Notes: generated from the sequence alone by a model not told the origin. A stretch of 64,000 nucleotides of DNA from Thermoproteota archaeon (GCA_027491395.1 JAOZFI010000041.1:84378-148377), one strand, 5' to 3'; positions 46,856-57,444 are shown, numbered from the stretch's first letter. A program made the numbers and translations.

Positions 46856-48118
46856 CTACGGGCCCCTCATGAACCTCTCTATGTACCTCGCGTGGAAATC
46901 CATACCCTCCAACTTGGCTATCCTGACAGACAGGTCCCCGAACTCCTTCACCAGTTCATCACTCCCCCTAACCGTCAGGACCGACTTCATGAAATCGAAC
47001 AGGGTTAGAGGACCTCTGAACCTGCTATACCTAGATGAGGGTAGTCTCTGGGGTACACCGAGGGCATAATCCGCTAGGGGAGATGGAGTGTCCCAAAGCA
47101 CAGCTCCAACATTGGTGAACCTCAGCTCCTCACCCGGATCTCCGAGCACGAGCACTCTGGCCGGGGATATAACATCTACGGCCTCTTCTAATTCCCTCCA
47201 GCCATCTAGCACTAGGACGCTGGCGTCATCGACGGCGGGCATAGAGAGGCCATCCAGTATCTCCTCTGCCTCTTTCGCGATCTCATTGGCGAGGGCCTCG
47301 TCCACCGTTAGCACCATCAGGAATGTATCTAGTCCGTGTTCAGCTTGAGACACCAACTCCCAAGCCACCCTCTCGGCGTCAACTCCCCTCCCGACGACGA
47401 CCACGTGTTCGACGGGAGAAGATGGGAAGTCCACCGCCACATCCGGGGAGACCATTCTCTTGGCTACCATGAAGAGCAGATCCCCCGTTCCGAATATCTT
47501 CTGGACCTCCTGTATCGTCGTAGTTCCGTACGCCATGGCAGCGACCGCCACAGGACCCCCGATCCTGTACATCTTCTTGACGCCTGAGAGCTTCGCGGCA
47601 GCTAGGAGATAGGGACTGACCTGACCGCCAGCAAGAGGCGGAGTGAATACGTAGATCTGATGGACGCCAGCCACTTTCGCGGGAACGGCGGTGTATATCA
47701 AAGTGGAGAAGTAGGAGAATCCCTCGCCTTCCGGAACATGAATTCCTATCCTCTCAAGGGGAATCCACCTGACGCCGTACTCGCTCTCATCTCTCCTCAC
47801 CACGAAGTCCTCCACCCTTTGCATCGAGTAGAACTCCCTGACTCTCTCCACAAGCTCCTCGATGGTGTCTAGGTCTCGGCCGATCTGGGAGAGGGCCTCA
47901 TCCATAGCATCCTCACTTACCTGAAACTCCTCCGGTGAGAGTTTAACACCGTAAAGCCTCTCAGTGAACTCGGATACGGCCTCGTCCTCCCTCAACTTGA
48001 TTTGCTCTATAATGGGCTTCACCGATTCCCTGAAAACTGCTAGATCTATCTCACGGGATTCCAGTTCGACTAGGAATTTCCACGCATCCTTACCTTTCAA
48101 AATGCGCAGGGGTATCAC
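46856..48118 (-). CDS. Histidinol dehydrogenase family protein, divergent
   Basis: AVPAKVAGV, IGG..AVAAMAYGT, SQAEH, DY and C-terminal His retained; PEHL replaced by PARV. Confidence 0.8.
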   Translation of the reverse strand: MIPLRILKGKDAWKFLVELESREIDLAVFRESVKPIIEQIKLREDEAVSEFTERLYGVKLSPEEFQVSEDAMDEALSQIGRDLDTIEELVERVREFYSMQRVEDFVVRRDESEYGVRWIPLERIGIHVPEGEGFSYFSTLIYTAVPAKVAGVHQIYVFTPPLAGGQVSPYLLAAAKLSGVKKMYRIGGPVAVAAMAYGTTTIQEVQKIFGTGDLLFMVAKRMVSPDVAVDFPSSPVEHVVVVGRGVDAERVAWELVSQAEHGLDTFLMVLTVDEALANEIAKEAEEILDGLSMPAVDDASVLVLDGWRELEEAVDVISPARVLVLGDPGEELRFTNVGAVLWDTPSPLADYALGVPQRLPSSRYSRFRGPLTLFDFMKSVLTVRGSDELVKEFGDLSVRIAKLEGMDFHARYIERFMRGP

Positions 48119-48274
48119 CCTGCCTTATGACTGGGCTATCCTTAAAATGATGGGCGCCCTCTACCTCAGGGGGGATGAGATAGCCATCCCAGAATGAGGG
48201 GACTTTAAAAATGATTTACCCAGGGGTAATCGACCCCCACCTATGGGGCACGATATGGGCTGAAATCTCACTCG

Positions 48275-49210
48275 TTAGTATGCGAGGATCAAGCCTTTCT
48301 CCCTATAGGCTCTTATGACCTTCCTCAAACCCTCTTCCAGCTCCACCTCATACTTGAACCCCAGATCCCGCTCGGCCTTCCTCGTGTCAGCGAGCGTCCT
48401 GTAAACATAGTTCTTTATCGGGTTCTCCCTGTACTCCAGCCTCAGATCGAGGCCCAACCTCCTTATTAACTCAGCTAACTCATTAAACGAGGTCTCCTTT
48501 CCGGTACCAACGTTGTAGACCTCACAATCTTCACCCCCCTCCCAAGCCAACAGGAAGGCCCTGACAACATCTGTTACGTAGATGAAATCTCTAGTCTGCT
48601 TCCCATCACCGTATATGACGAAGGATCTGCCCTCTAGCGCGGCCCATACCATCTGAGAGGCCACATTAGCGAAGGAACTCTTAGGCCTCTCGTTGGGCCC
48701 ATAAACGCTGAACAGCCTCAGTCCCACGCTTTCCACCCCATGCAACTCATAGTAGACCTTAGCCAGTCTCTCCATCCAGTACCTCCCCTCAGTGTAGAAG
48801 TCGGTCGGGAAAACGGGCATATCCTCGGTGAAAGGAGGATCATTCCCGTTATATAGGGAGGATGTTGACGCGTAAACGACCTTTGCACCCGACTCCTTGG
48901 CGTATTCGAATATGGCGATGGCATCTCTCACCGCAAGCGAGAGGAGATCAGGATTCTCGCGATACATCGGGCTCGAAGATGGAATGCCTAAGTGGAAGAC
49001 TACATCGACGGGCGTCAATTCCCTGATGGAGGAGGAAGTCCCCTCCAAAAGTGTAGCACCCCTTTCCTTGAGGAGGTCAGCCACCTTCCTCGATCCGGTC
49101 ATGAAGTTATCGATAACGACTACCTCGGCTCCATCCTTCAGGAGCTTCGCCGTCAAGTTGCTACCTATAAACCCCGCTCCTCCCGTCACAACAGCTCTCA
49201 ATTGAAGCAC
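48275..49210 (-). CDS. NAD-dependent epimerase/dehydratase (extended SDR)
   Basis: VTGGAGFIGS, FSVYGP, GDGKQTRDFIYV, NVGTG. Confidence 0.92.
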   Translation of the reverse strand: MLQLRAVVTGGAGFIGSNLTAKLLKDGAEVVVIDNFMTGSRKVADLLKERGATLLEGTSSSIRELTPVDVVFHLGIPSSSPMYRENPDLLSLAVRDAIAIFEYAKESGAKVVYASTSSLYNGNDPPFTEDMPVFPTDFYTEGRYWMERLAKVYYELHGVESVGLRLFSVYGPNERPKSSFANVASQMVWAALEGRSFVIYGDGKQTRDFIYVTDVVRAFLLAWEGGEDCEVYNVGTGKETSFNELAELIRRLGLDLRLEYRENPIKNYVYRTLADTRKAERDLGFKYEVELEEGLRKVIRAYREKGLILAY

Positions 49211-49252
49211 CCGAATTCAGTCCAGCTGGAAAAATAATAATGTGGGAGGTGC

Positions 49253-50530
49253 TCAAGAGGCCTTGATTACCTCAATGAGATCGTCAGTCATCTTGTCGGC
49301 CTGATCCATGGTGACCGTGAGTGGAGGCTCGATCCTCACCACGTTTCCAAACATGCCGCCGGTCCCTATTATGTAACCCCTCTTGAACATACCCTCCTTT
49401 ACCTTCTTCGTGAGTTCCGGATTCGGTTTCTTCCCATCCTTGACGAGCTCAATCCCTATGAAGAGCCCTCTCCCCCTCACCTCTCCTATGGCTGGGAGGG
49501 CGGAGTCCCTGAGCTTCTCCATTATGAACTCTCCCACCTTATGGGCGTTCTCATGCAGCTTCTCCTCTAACATGACCTCTATTCCGGCGAGTCCCGCTGC
49601 GCATGCCACCGGATTGCCCGAGAACGTCACATTGTGATCTCCGGGCTCCCAAGCCTTATTTACCTCCTCCGTCGTCATGGTGCCGGCTAGTGGAAGTCCC
49701 GCTCCCAAGGCCTTGCCCATGGTCATTATATCGGCTCTGACATCCTCCCACTCGTGGGCGAAGATCTTACCAGTCCTCCCGAAGCCGCTCTGCACCTCGT
49801 CCATTATGAGGAGGACATCGTTCTCCCTAGCGATCTTCTCGAGCTCCTTCAACCAGCCATCAGGTGGGACTATTATCCCTCCCTCACCCATCACAGGCTC
49901 CATTATTATGGCGGCCACGTTCTCCGATCCTAGATGGTACCTTATGTACTCGTCCACCTTCTCTAAGGTGTAGCTCTTGCAAGTCTCCACATCTCCCGGG
50001 AACCGGAAGCAGTAGGGTGAGGGAAGGTGCACAACACCGGGATAGTTAGCGAAGTGACCCAAATGCCTCTTATACTTTCTCTCATGGGTGAGCGTGAGGG
50101 TCAGAGCCCCCCTACCGTGGAACGCGAAATCGAAAGCTATAACGTAGGCGCCGGTCTTACCCTGAACCTTCACCGAGTACTTCTTGGCCAGCTTTATCGC
50201 GCCTTCCACAGCTTCAGTACCGCTGTTAGCATAATACGTCTTTTTGAGGTCCCCAGGAGCTATTTCCGCGAGCTTCTTGGCAAGCTCGAGAGCGGGAACG
50301 TTATAATAGATCATGCCTATGTGGGCGATCTTCTCCATCTGCTCCTTAACGGCGTTGACTATCTTGGGATGCGAATGACCGTAGTTAATAACTCCGAATC
50401 CCGAGAAGAAGTCGAGATACTTGTTCCCATCAACATCCCAGATTTCAATTCCCTTGGCCCTTTCTAACACAATAGGGTATATTATTGGGTATGCACTCTG
50501 GAGGTAGGCCCTTCCATCCTCAACACTCAA
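49253..50530 (-). CDS. Class III PLP aminotransferase (acetylornithine/4-aminobutyrate-like)
   Basis: NSGTEAVE, FHGR, EPVMGEGG, DEVQSGFGRTG, GKALG. Confidence 0.93.
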   Translation of the reverse strand: MSVEDGRAYLQSAYPIIYPIVLERAKGIEIWDVDGNKYLDFFSGFGVINYGHSHPKIVNAVKEQMEKIAHIGMIYYNVPALELAKKLAEIAPGDLKKTYYANSGTEAVEGAIKLAKKYSVKVQGKTGAYVIAFDFAFHGRGALTLTLTHERKYKRHLGHFANYPGVVHLPSPYCFRFPGDVETCKSYTLEKVDEYIRYHLGSENVAAIIMEPVMGEGGIIVPPDGWLKELEKIARENDVLLIMDEVQSGFGRTGKIFAHEWEDVRADIMTMGKALGAGLPLAGTMTTEEVNKAWEPGDHNVTFSGNPVACAAGLAGIEVMLEEKLHENAHKVGEFIMEKLRDSALPAIGEVRGRGLFIGIELVKDGKKPNPELTKKVKEGMFKRGYIIGTGGMFGNVVRIEPPLTVTMDQADKMTDDLIEVIKAS

Positions 50531-50620
50531 GATACCACCTGAGAAAGCCCATTGGAATTAGTGATAAACCTAACCTCTAGCCCTATGATTTCACAAAAAG
50601 GTGGAGGAGTATAGTCCTCA

Positions 50621-51349
50621 TCATTTGATTATACCTAGGTACAGCTTAGCGAACTGAGGATGCTCCAGTAGTTCTTTAGCGTTCCCTTCATATCTCATAG
50701 TCCCGCTTACTAGAAGGTATCCCCTATCCCCGACCTCCAGCGCTCTCTTTGCATGCTGCTCGACCATAACTATGGTCTGGTGGTATTCATCCCTCAGCTC
50801 AACCACCTTATTAAGGACCTGCTTCACTAGGATGGGAGCTAGGTCGGTAGTCATCTCGTCTAACATGAGTACTTTGGGCCTTCTCATCAAAGCCATCCCT
50901 ATTGCAAGCATTCTTCTTTCTCCACCGCTCAGGGTCCCCGCCTTCCTCTTCCTGAACTCCCTCAGCCTGGGAAACATGTCCAGAATCTCCTCTATCCTCT
51001 CAGGAACCTCCTCCTTGGGTAGAAGGTAGCCAGCTATCTTCAAGTTCTCCTCGACGCTTAAACCCGAGGCCACGTTCCCCAGCTGGGGCAGGTACGCTAT
51101 ACCCATTCTAGCCTTCTTATAGGCCGGGACCTTAGTGACATCCTGTCCCTCGAAAAGTACTTGGCCCTTGTGAATGGTGGCTATCCCCATTATGCTGTTA
51201 AGGAGAGTGGTCTTGCCCGCGCCGTTAGGCCCGACAACCACAGTTATCTCTCCCTCTCTCACTTCGAAGTTTATGTCGAACAGTACTTCTAACTTTCCAT
51301 ATCCAGAATACAAACCCTTCGTCTCCAGTATAGCCATAAGATCACCCAA
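50621..51349 (-). CDS. livF: Branched-chain amino acid ABC transporter ATPase
   Basis: GPNGAGKT, LSGGERR, MVEQ. Confidence 0.9.
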   Translation of the reverse strand: MGDLMAILETKGLYSGYGKLEVLFDINFEVREGEITVVVGPNGAGKTTLLNSIMGIATIHKGQVLFEGQDVTKVPAYKKARMGIAYLPQLGNVASGLSVEENLKIAGYLLPKEEVPERIEEILDMFPRLREFRKRKAGTLSGGERRMLAIGMALMRRPKVLMLDEMTTDLAPILVKQVLNKVVELRDEYHQTIVMVEQHAKRALEVGDRGYLLVSGTMRYEGNAKELLEHPQFAKLYLGIIK

Positions 51350-51352
51350 CCC

Positions 51353-52132
51353 TCATCCTATGTATATCTCGATTACCTTGGGGTTATTCGCGACCTCGTC
51401 AGGCAGTCCCTCTGCGATTAAAGTCCCCCTATCGAGGACGTACACGTAATCAGCGAAAGGTAGGGCTATATCTATCCTGTGCTCTATCAGGAGGAAGCTG
51501 ACATCCCACTGCTTCCTGAGGTTGCTTACATAAGTCAGGATCTCACCAGCGTAGGCAGGATCCACTCCGCCTATTGGCTCATCGAGGGCTATTAGCTTAG
51601 CTCCCGTTGCGAGGGCCCTAGATACCTCTAGCATCTTAAGCTGACCTCCTCCCAAGGTGGCAGCGAGCTTATCCCAGTGATCCTCTAGTCCCACGTGCCT
51701 CAATATCTCAAATGCCTTCTTCACCTTCTCCTCTTCCTCTTCTATCCATAGAGATTTTATAGGAGCCTTCAGCGGACTCTCCCCTGAGTGACTCATAGCC
51801 GCAAGTACGTTCTCTAGGACGGTGAGCCTCAAGAAGGGAGCGGGGATCTGGAAGGTCCTAACGAAACCAGCCCTGTAAACTTTGTGCGGGGGCCAGCCCG
51901 TTATATCAACGCCATCGAATATTACCTTACCTCCATCAGGCTTTAGCACACCAGTACATGTGTTGACGAAAGTAGATTTACCGGCACCGTTCGGACCCAT
52001 GAGCATGGTCATGGAATTTCTTTTGACTTTTAGGGAGACGTTGTTTACTGCTATGAGACCACCGAACCTCTTGGTGAGGTTCTCAGTGATCAGTATGTAC
52101 TCCTCCTTACTTTCAGCCAAGAGCACCACCAC
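51353..52132 (-). CDS. livG: Branched-chain amino acid ABC transporter ATPase
   Basis: FGGLIAV, GPNGAGKS, RTFQ, IEH, NPKVIEIYIG. Confidence 0.9.
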   Translation of the reverse strand: MVVLLAESKEEYILITENLTKRFGGLIAVNNVSLKVKRNSMTMLMGPNGAGKSTFVNTCTGVLKPDGGKVIFDGVDITGWPPHKVYRAGFVRTFQIPAPFLRLTVLENVLAAMSHSGESPLKAPIKSLWIEEEEEKVKKAFEILRHVGLEDHWDKLAATLGGGQLKMLEVSRALATGAKLIALDEPIGGVDPAYAGEILTYVSNLRKQWDVSFLLIEHRIDIALPFADYVYVLDRGTLIAEGLPDEVANNPKVIEIYIG

Positions 52133-52222
52133 TCATTCCGGCCATCTGATTAAAATAAATGCTTTACCAAGTCTAAAGTGCGAGATGTTAGTCGTAAAAA
52201 AGGAAAAAAGGTTTGAGAGGAA

Positions 52223-53623
52223 TTAACTCTTGCCTAAGAGCTGGAGGAACCAGTCGTTCCAAGTTATCTTTCCAGAATCGGCGTGGTAGGTACCGGCGAG
52301 CTTCCAGACCCACTTGCCGCCTTCTTGGGTCGGCATGTAGAAGAAGTAGTCGGCGCTAGCCCTGTCTCCGTTCTCATTGAGCACTATTATACCGGAGGCA
52401 CCGTACCAGTGCTCCCCTATGGTAGGCAGCGCCTTAGCAACGGCGACCGGGTCATAGGAGTCCACCAAGTCAAGTGCCACGGCGACCGTCCACAGGGCAT
52501 CGTAGGCAGCGTAGGCATAGCTATCAGGCTCCCTTCCTAGGGTCTTCATCACATAGTTCTTCACCTTCTCCTTGATCTTGGTAGCGGCTCCGAATATGGG
52601 ACTCACGAACTTGGTCTCATAGGCGAACTTAGCTGCGTCAGGGTTGTTAGTTATCTCGCTGAGCAGAGCGGTTCCGTCGGATCCGACCCAAGGAATCTTC
52701 TTGAGTGAGTCGTACTGAGCAGCCACGGCGGCGAACTGCACGTATTCGTTGAATCCTATGAAGGAGACGCCCACCTTGTCAGCCCCATACTTCTGAATTA
52801 ACTGGCTCACTATGGAATCGAGCTGCGACACTACGGCGGAGAACTCAGTAGCCTGAGGATCATACCTTATACCCTTGCCGTTCTTGGCGCCCCAAATCTC
52901 TCCGGTCTCACCGTGGGCCTTCAGTATTTTATCGAACTCCTCATCTATCTTCTCAGCTAAAGCAGTTCCCCACTCATCACCCCTCCAGACTTGTACCAAG
53001 TACCTAACTCCCAGCTGATAGAGAGCCGTAGCACTAGCAGGACCCTGTATCTCATCGGTAGGACAGTACCTGTAGATCATATCTTCGGGTATGGCGAGCC
53101 TCGGAGACGTGGAGGACTGAGATATCAGGAGCAGTTTGTTGGAGTCCACATAGTTCTTGAGTTCCTTGACCTCGGCACTGCTCATGGGCCCTATGAATAT
53201 CTTGACTCCCCTAGAGTGGAGAGCCTGCACCTTATCCAGTGCGGTCTTTGGATCGGTTGCAGTGTCCTCATAGTACACTTTTATGCGCCAGTCCTCTCCC
53301 CTAGCAGCGAGCCAGTCATTTATCTCCTTCTCGGCCAACTCAAGAGCGGCCTTGCTGTTTTCTCCGTATGAGGAGAGACCACCGGTGAGGGCCAGCAAGG
53401 CCCCTATCGGGACCTCACCCTTGAGCCCTGCGGCAGCTGCTCCTGCCTTAGTTATCGTCTGGGTTATGGTTATAGTCTTAGCTCCAGGAGCTCCAGCGGT
53501 TACAGTCGTGGTGACGGTCTTAACGCCTCCTCCTGCCCCACCTGCAGCCCATCCGATGCCTATCCCTATAATCAGGAGTATTAACATGAGGGCGTATGCT
53601 GTCTTGTCTGACATATTCATCAC
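52223..53623 (-). CDS. Branched-chain amino acid ABC transporter substrate-binding protein (LivJ/K-like)
   Basis: N-terminal anchor, Thr-rich linker, IGALLALTG, GPMSS, YAYAAYDA. Confidence 0.9.
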   Translation of the reverse strand: MMNMSDKTAYALMLILLIIGIGIGWAAGGAGGGVKTVTTTVTAGAPGAKTITITQTITKAGAAAAGLKGEVPIGALLALTGGLSSYGENSKAALELAEKEINDWLAARGEDWRIKVYYEDTATDPKTALDKVQALHSRGVKIFIGPMSSAEVKELKNYVDSNKLLLISQSSTSPRLAIPEDMIYRYCPTDEIQGPASATALYQLGVRYLVQVWRGDEWGTALAEKIDEEFDKILKAHGETGEIWGAKNGKGIRYDPQATEFSAVVSQLDSIVSQLIQKYGADKVGVSFIGFNEYVQFAAVAAQYDSLKKIPWVGSDGTALLSEITNNPDAAKFAYETKFVSPIFGAATKIKEKVKNYVMKTLGREPDSYAYAAYDALWTVAVALDLVDSYDPVAVAKALPTIGEHWYGASGIIVLNENGDRASADYFFYMPTQEGGKWVWKLAGTYHADSGKITWNDWFLQLLGKS

Positions 53624-53904
53624 CTCGGGGTTTAAACCCCGCTGAAGGTCATATCATCCCTTTTATTTTAAAATGATTATGGCCGTATAGCAGCAATAAG
53701 CTATTTGCCATGGCGAATTATATTGAAGAGAGGTGCTCCCTTTGACAGTAAATTGTATCTAGGGAGGCTTGAAGTCGATAAGAGAAGCTCAGCTTCAATT
53801 CACCCAATCTCTGCAAAGGGACCCGGATACGCCTTCGGCGCAGCCTACAGCAATTATGTTTTTAACAATCCTGAAGGGAGTTGAGAAGAGTGGGTTAAGT
53901 TGGG

Positions 53905-54879
53905 GTGATCCTAATGCAGATTCTCGCTGGGCCGATAGTACAGATCCTTATGACAGCAATAGGCTTCTCAGGCGGGCTGGCCTTGGCTGCCGCTGGAATA
54001 ACTCTAATATATATGACCACAGGAACCTTCAATTTCGCTCATGCCTCTATGACTGCATGGGGATTCTACATAGTATTCTCATTGTACAAGGTTCTGCTAG
54101 GGGGGAATCCCTACTTATACTTCCCAGTGGCATTCATATTCTCCGGTCTTCTGGGAGTCATCACCTATCTAGTAGTAAACAGGTGGCTATTGAAGAGAGG
54201 GGCTGACATGGTCACCCTAATGATGTCGACACTGGGCGTCGATCTCGCCTTCTTCGCATTCATTAACATATTCGCGGACTACCTGACAGCCACATATAAG
54301 GTCAACACAAGATTGATTGTCTTGACCACTGAGGATATAATATTAGGTAAGATAGGTACCTTCCCTTTTAAGGCAATAACGATAATCTCGGTCGTGATAG
54401 TCGTGGGGATGGCCCTATTCTTCTACCTACTCCTGAACAGAACCAAGTTCGGGATAGCCTTCAGGATAACGGTAGAGAATCCGGCTCTAGCCTCGATACT
54501 GGGGATAAATACGGAAACTATTTACCTCTTCGCGTGGTTCATGGGAGGAGCGATGGCTGGGCTGGGTGGAGCCATATTGTCTCTTGTGATCAGCGGTACA
54601 CCTACCGTTGGGAACACTGTGATCGTACCAGAATTCGCCGCATCAATAGTAGGAGGCCTCTACTCGATATACGGTGGGCTAGTTGGAGGATTCCTAATTG
54701 GTCTCAGTCAGAAGCTGATAATAAACTGGTTGGGAAGCGTACTGGGAGGCAACATAGTGGTTTACGAGCCCATCATACCTCTGCTCATAATGGCTGCGAC
54801 GCTTCTGCTCTACCCAGAGGGTCTCGCTGGCATAGATTGGAGGAGGATCTTCTCGAGATCGAAATCTAGCAGGAGGTGA
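53905..54879 (+). CDS. livH: Branched-chain amino acid ABC transporter permease
   Basis: GITLIY.TTGTFNFAH, TKFGIAFR, GIN, IVGGL. Confidence 0.9.
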   Translation: MILMQILAGPIVQILMTAIGFSGGLALAAAGITLIYMTTGTFNFAHASMTAWGFYIVFSLYKVLLGGNPYLYFPVAFIFSGLLGVITYLVVNRWLLKRGADMVTLMMSTLGVDLAFFAFINIFADYLTATYKVNTRLIVLTTEDIILGKIGTFPFKAITIISVVIVVGMALFFYLLLNRTKFGIAFRITVENPALASILGINTETIYLFAWFMGGAMAGLGGAILSLVISGTPTVGNTVIVPEFAASIVGGLYSIYGGLVGGFLIGLSQKLIINWLGSVLGGNIVVYEPIIPLLIMAATLLLYPEGLAGIDWRRIFSRSKSSRR

Positions 54880-55964
54880 TAGTTATGATGGAGGGCATAC
54901 TCGAGTACCTCTACAACCCTCTTGTATTGAGTATCCTAGTAAACATGGCTGTATTCCTCATAGTTACCTTAAGCCTCAACATAGAAACCGGATTTGCGGG
55001 CATTCCACAGTTCGGTAGGGTGTTAGCAGTCATAGCTGGGGCTATAGGTGCAGGTGCGATAGCGGGAAGGATGATGGCAGCAATGATGGGATTACCCGCA
55101 GGTATCGAATACGTAGGGGATCAGAACTTCGTGATTGTAGGAGAGTTGAATAAAGCCTTGGAATCAAATCCTCTCCTATCGATAGGGGCTCTCATTCTGA
55201 GCTTGGCTGTAGCAGCGGTAATGGGAGGTATAATGGGCTATCTAGCATCCTATCCAGCGATAAGGTTGAAAGAAGCCTACTTAGGCATTACCTTGTTGGC
55301 TTTTGGCGACGCACTCCAAATAGTAGGAATGTATTACGATCCCTTAGCAGGTGGAACGGCGGGAATAGTAGTTCCCGACGTCTTCAGGTTCGTGGGGACA
55401 GGAGAGATAAGGTTCCTCAGCAGCACATTGATAATATTGGGTATAGCTATCTTGGTATACTTGTATGTCCAAAGTTTAGCTAGATCGCCCTTCGGCAGGG
55501 CCCTCAAGGCTATGAGAGATAATGAGCTCGCTGCTAAGGTATACGGCAAGGACATTGTAAATTTGAGGGCCAAGACCTTAATCATAGGAGGCGCGCTTGC
55601 TGGGATGGGAGGAGCCCTCTGGACCCTTTACACCGGAAGCTTCAAAGCCCTCACCTACAACAGGCTTACTTGGACCTTCTGGCCTTGGGCGTTCATGATG
55701 TTAGGAGGCACCGGAAATAACCTCGGGATAGTCCTCGGTACCTTGGTATTCTCCACTGTCAGAAGTCTGATCTATGCATACAAGACCGAACTGACAGCAT
55801 TCATACCAATAAATCCAAATTGGCTTGAATACCTCCTGATAGGCGTCATAATAATCGCAATTGCCTTGTTCAGACCTCAAGGAATACTTCCAGAGAAGCC
55901 AGAGCTACCGCTGTCGAGGAAGAAGATCGAGAGCATAAGGGCTTCCCTCGCTAAGGGAGACTGA
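54876..55964 (+). CDS. livM: Branched-chain amino acid ABC transporter permease
   Basis: SLNIETGFAG, RLKEAYLGITL, SPFGRALKAMRDNE, LGGTGN, RPQGI. Confidence 0.9.
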   Translation: MIVMMEGILEYLYNPLVLSILVNMAVFLIVTLSLNIETGFAGIPQFGRVLAVIAGAIGAGAIAGRMMAAMMGLPAGIEYVGDQNFVIVGELNKALESNPLLSIGALILSLAVAAVMGGIMGYLASYPAIRLKEAYLGITLLAFGDALQIVGMYYDPLAGGTAGIVVPDVFRFVGTGEIRFLSSTLIILGIAILVYLYVQSLARSPFGRALKAMRDNELAAKVYGKDIVNLRAKTLIIGGALAGMGGALWTLYTGSFKALTYNRLTWTFWPWAFMMLGGTGNNLGIVLGTLVFSTVRSLIYAYKTELTAFIPINPNWLEYLLIGVIIIAIALFRPQGILPEKPELPLSRKKIESIRASLAKGD

Positions 55965-56991
55965 GTACCCCATCCCCACTTTTTCCCATCAATGTGGGGA
56001 CTTCATCCTTGACACCTAGTCTGGGGAGCAGGCATCTCACTAAACTACCCCTCCTATTTCCTGTTATGAATAGGGGGAACCCACTCCTTCTAACCTCATC
56101 TAGGAGAAGATCCACCCCTTCGCAGGAGTCGGGGAGGTACATCCCTCCGACTCTCTTGGAAAACTCGTACGACCACTCTCCAGCCACGGCAACCTTTGAA
56201 TAGTCGACCCATCTCTCCCTCATCATTTTGAGAAAGGCCCATGTCCTCCCGGGTCTGTCCCTTCTGAGCTGAATGAAGATGAAAGGTCTTTCACCTAACC
56301 ACCTCACCAAAAGGGTCGCGCTATCCGGATCATTAACTTTAGATGCGTCGAAATAAACTATCCCGTTAATCTCCTTCCACCTAAGCTTCTTCTTGATCGC
56401 CTCAAGGTAGGCATTAATGTTCGCACTTCCTAACCCGAGAAACTCCAAGATTTCGTTCAGAAGAGAGGGGATCTCAGCACCCGGCAGGTGGGAGTGGGCA
56501 GGTCTGACCCTTACGAGCTTCTTAGCTTTTCTACTCATTATATCATTTAAGTGGTCGTTCGTCTCACCGCTGAACACTATTTCTGCTTTTCCAAAGGAAG
56601 AGGCAATGGATCTAGCTATTTTCTCCCTAGTCCTGCCCATCTCCTTCACGTGATCTAGCCTTACATTGGTCACAGCAACGATTTGTGGTTTAACAAAGAG
56701 ATCATTGAATACTCTCATCGTGTAGGGGGACACCCCCTGATTCTCTAGAATGCAATACTCAGAATGTGGGACGTTAAGGAGGTTCTCGTAAAGCCTAGTG
56801 GGGATTCTACGCCTCAGGATTTTGACGTCCCTCCCAATACAAAGGATAGGGAGCGTACCAGTGACTTTGCAGAAGGAGGTCTTCTCCTTGGAGACTACCT
56901 CACTGTGCAACGAAATGGATAAGCTTGTCTTCCCCCTAGTCCCTTGGACGGAGATCCTCGTATCAGCTATCCTCCAAGGTGGGTCTCCCAT
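55951..56991 (-). CDS. capB: Poly-gamma-glutamate synthase CapB/PgsB-like Mur-type ligase
   Basis: RISVQGTRGKTS, KVTGT, TNVRLDH, NDPDS, RRDRPGRT. Confidence 0.75.
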   Translation of the reverse strand: MGDPPWRIADTRISVQGTRGKTSLSISLHSEVVSKEKTSFCKVTGTLPILCIGRDVKILRRRIPTRLYENLLNVPHSEYCILENQGVSPYTMRVFNDLFVKPQIVAVTNVRLDHVKEMGRTREKIARSIASSFGKAEIVFSGETNDHLNDIMSRKAKKLVRVRPAHSHLPGAEIPSLLNEILEFLGLGSANINAYLEAIKKKLRWKEINGIVYFDASKVNDPDSATLLVRWLGERPFIFIQLRRDRPGRTWAFLKMMRERWVDYSKVAVAGEWSYEFSKRVGGMYLPDSCEGVDLLLDEVRRSGFPLFITGNRRGSLVRCLLPRLGVKDEVPTLMGKSGDGVLSLP

Positions 56992-57000
56992 TTGATCCCC

Positions 57001-57444
57001 TCACATCTTTAGAAAATTAACTAAAATGGAGGTTACGAACAGCTGTAACGTAAAGAAGATTGCCGAAAAAGCGGCTGTCAATACCGGTTCTCTCGATGTA
57101 TGTATATCATAGGATAACAGTCCGGGAAGCGTGGAAATCAATAGATACTCGATTCTCAAAGAGTTGAGGGTCGTAATGAGAACGGTAACGGAGCTGATGA
57201 CGCTCTGAAGGAAGAAAATCCTCATTCCATAGAACAAGAATTTCCTGTATGCCAGCTCCCCCATTAAATACGACGTTATAGAACTTACGATGATCACCGG
57301 AATCGATTCGGGCATTAGCGAGGAGAAAGAAGCCAGCAAAGGAATGGACAGGGACACAGCTCTGAAGCCTAACCTTTCATATGTAACCCATACAACAGAA
57401 AGCGCAACGATCATTGACGCATAAGCCGCTACTACTCCTTCCAT
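57001..57444 (-). CDS. capC: CapC/PgsC-like membrane protein
   Basis: 147 aa, about five TMs; ERLG, LFYGMRIF, PGLL resemble PgsC motifs; immediately upstream of the capB-like gene. Confidence 0.65.
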   Translation of the reverse strand: MEGVVAAYASMIVALSVVWVTYERLGFRAVSLSIPLLASFSSLMPESIPVIIVSSITSYLMGELAYRKFLFYGMRIFFLQSVISSVTVLITTLNSLRIEYLLISTLPGLLSYDIHTSREPVLTAAFSAIFFTLQLFVTSILVNFLKM

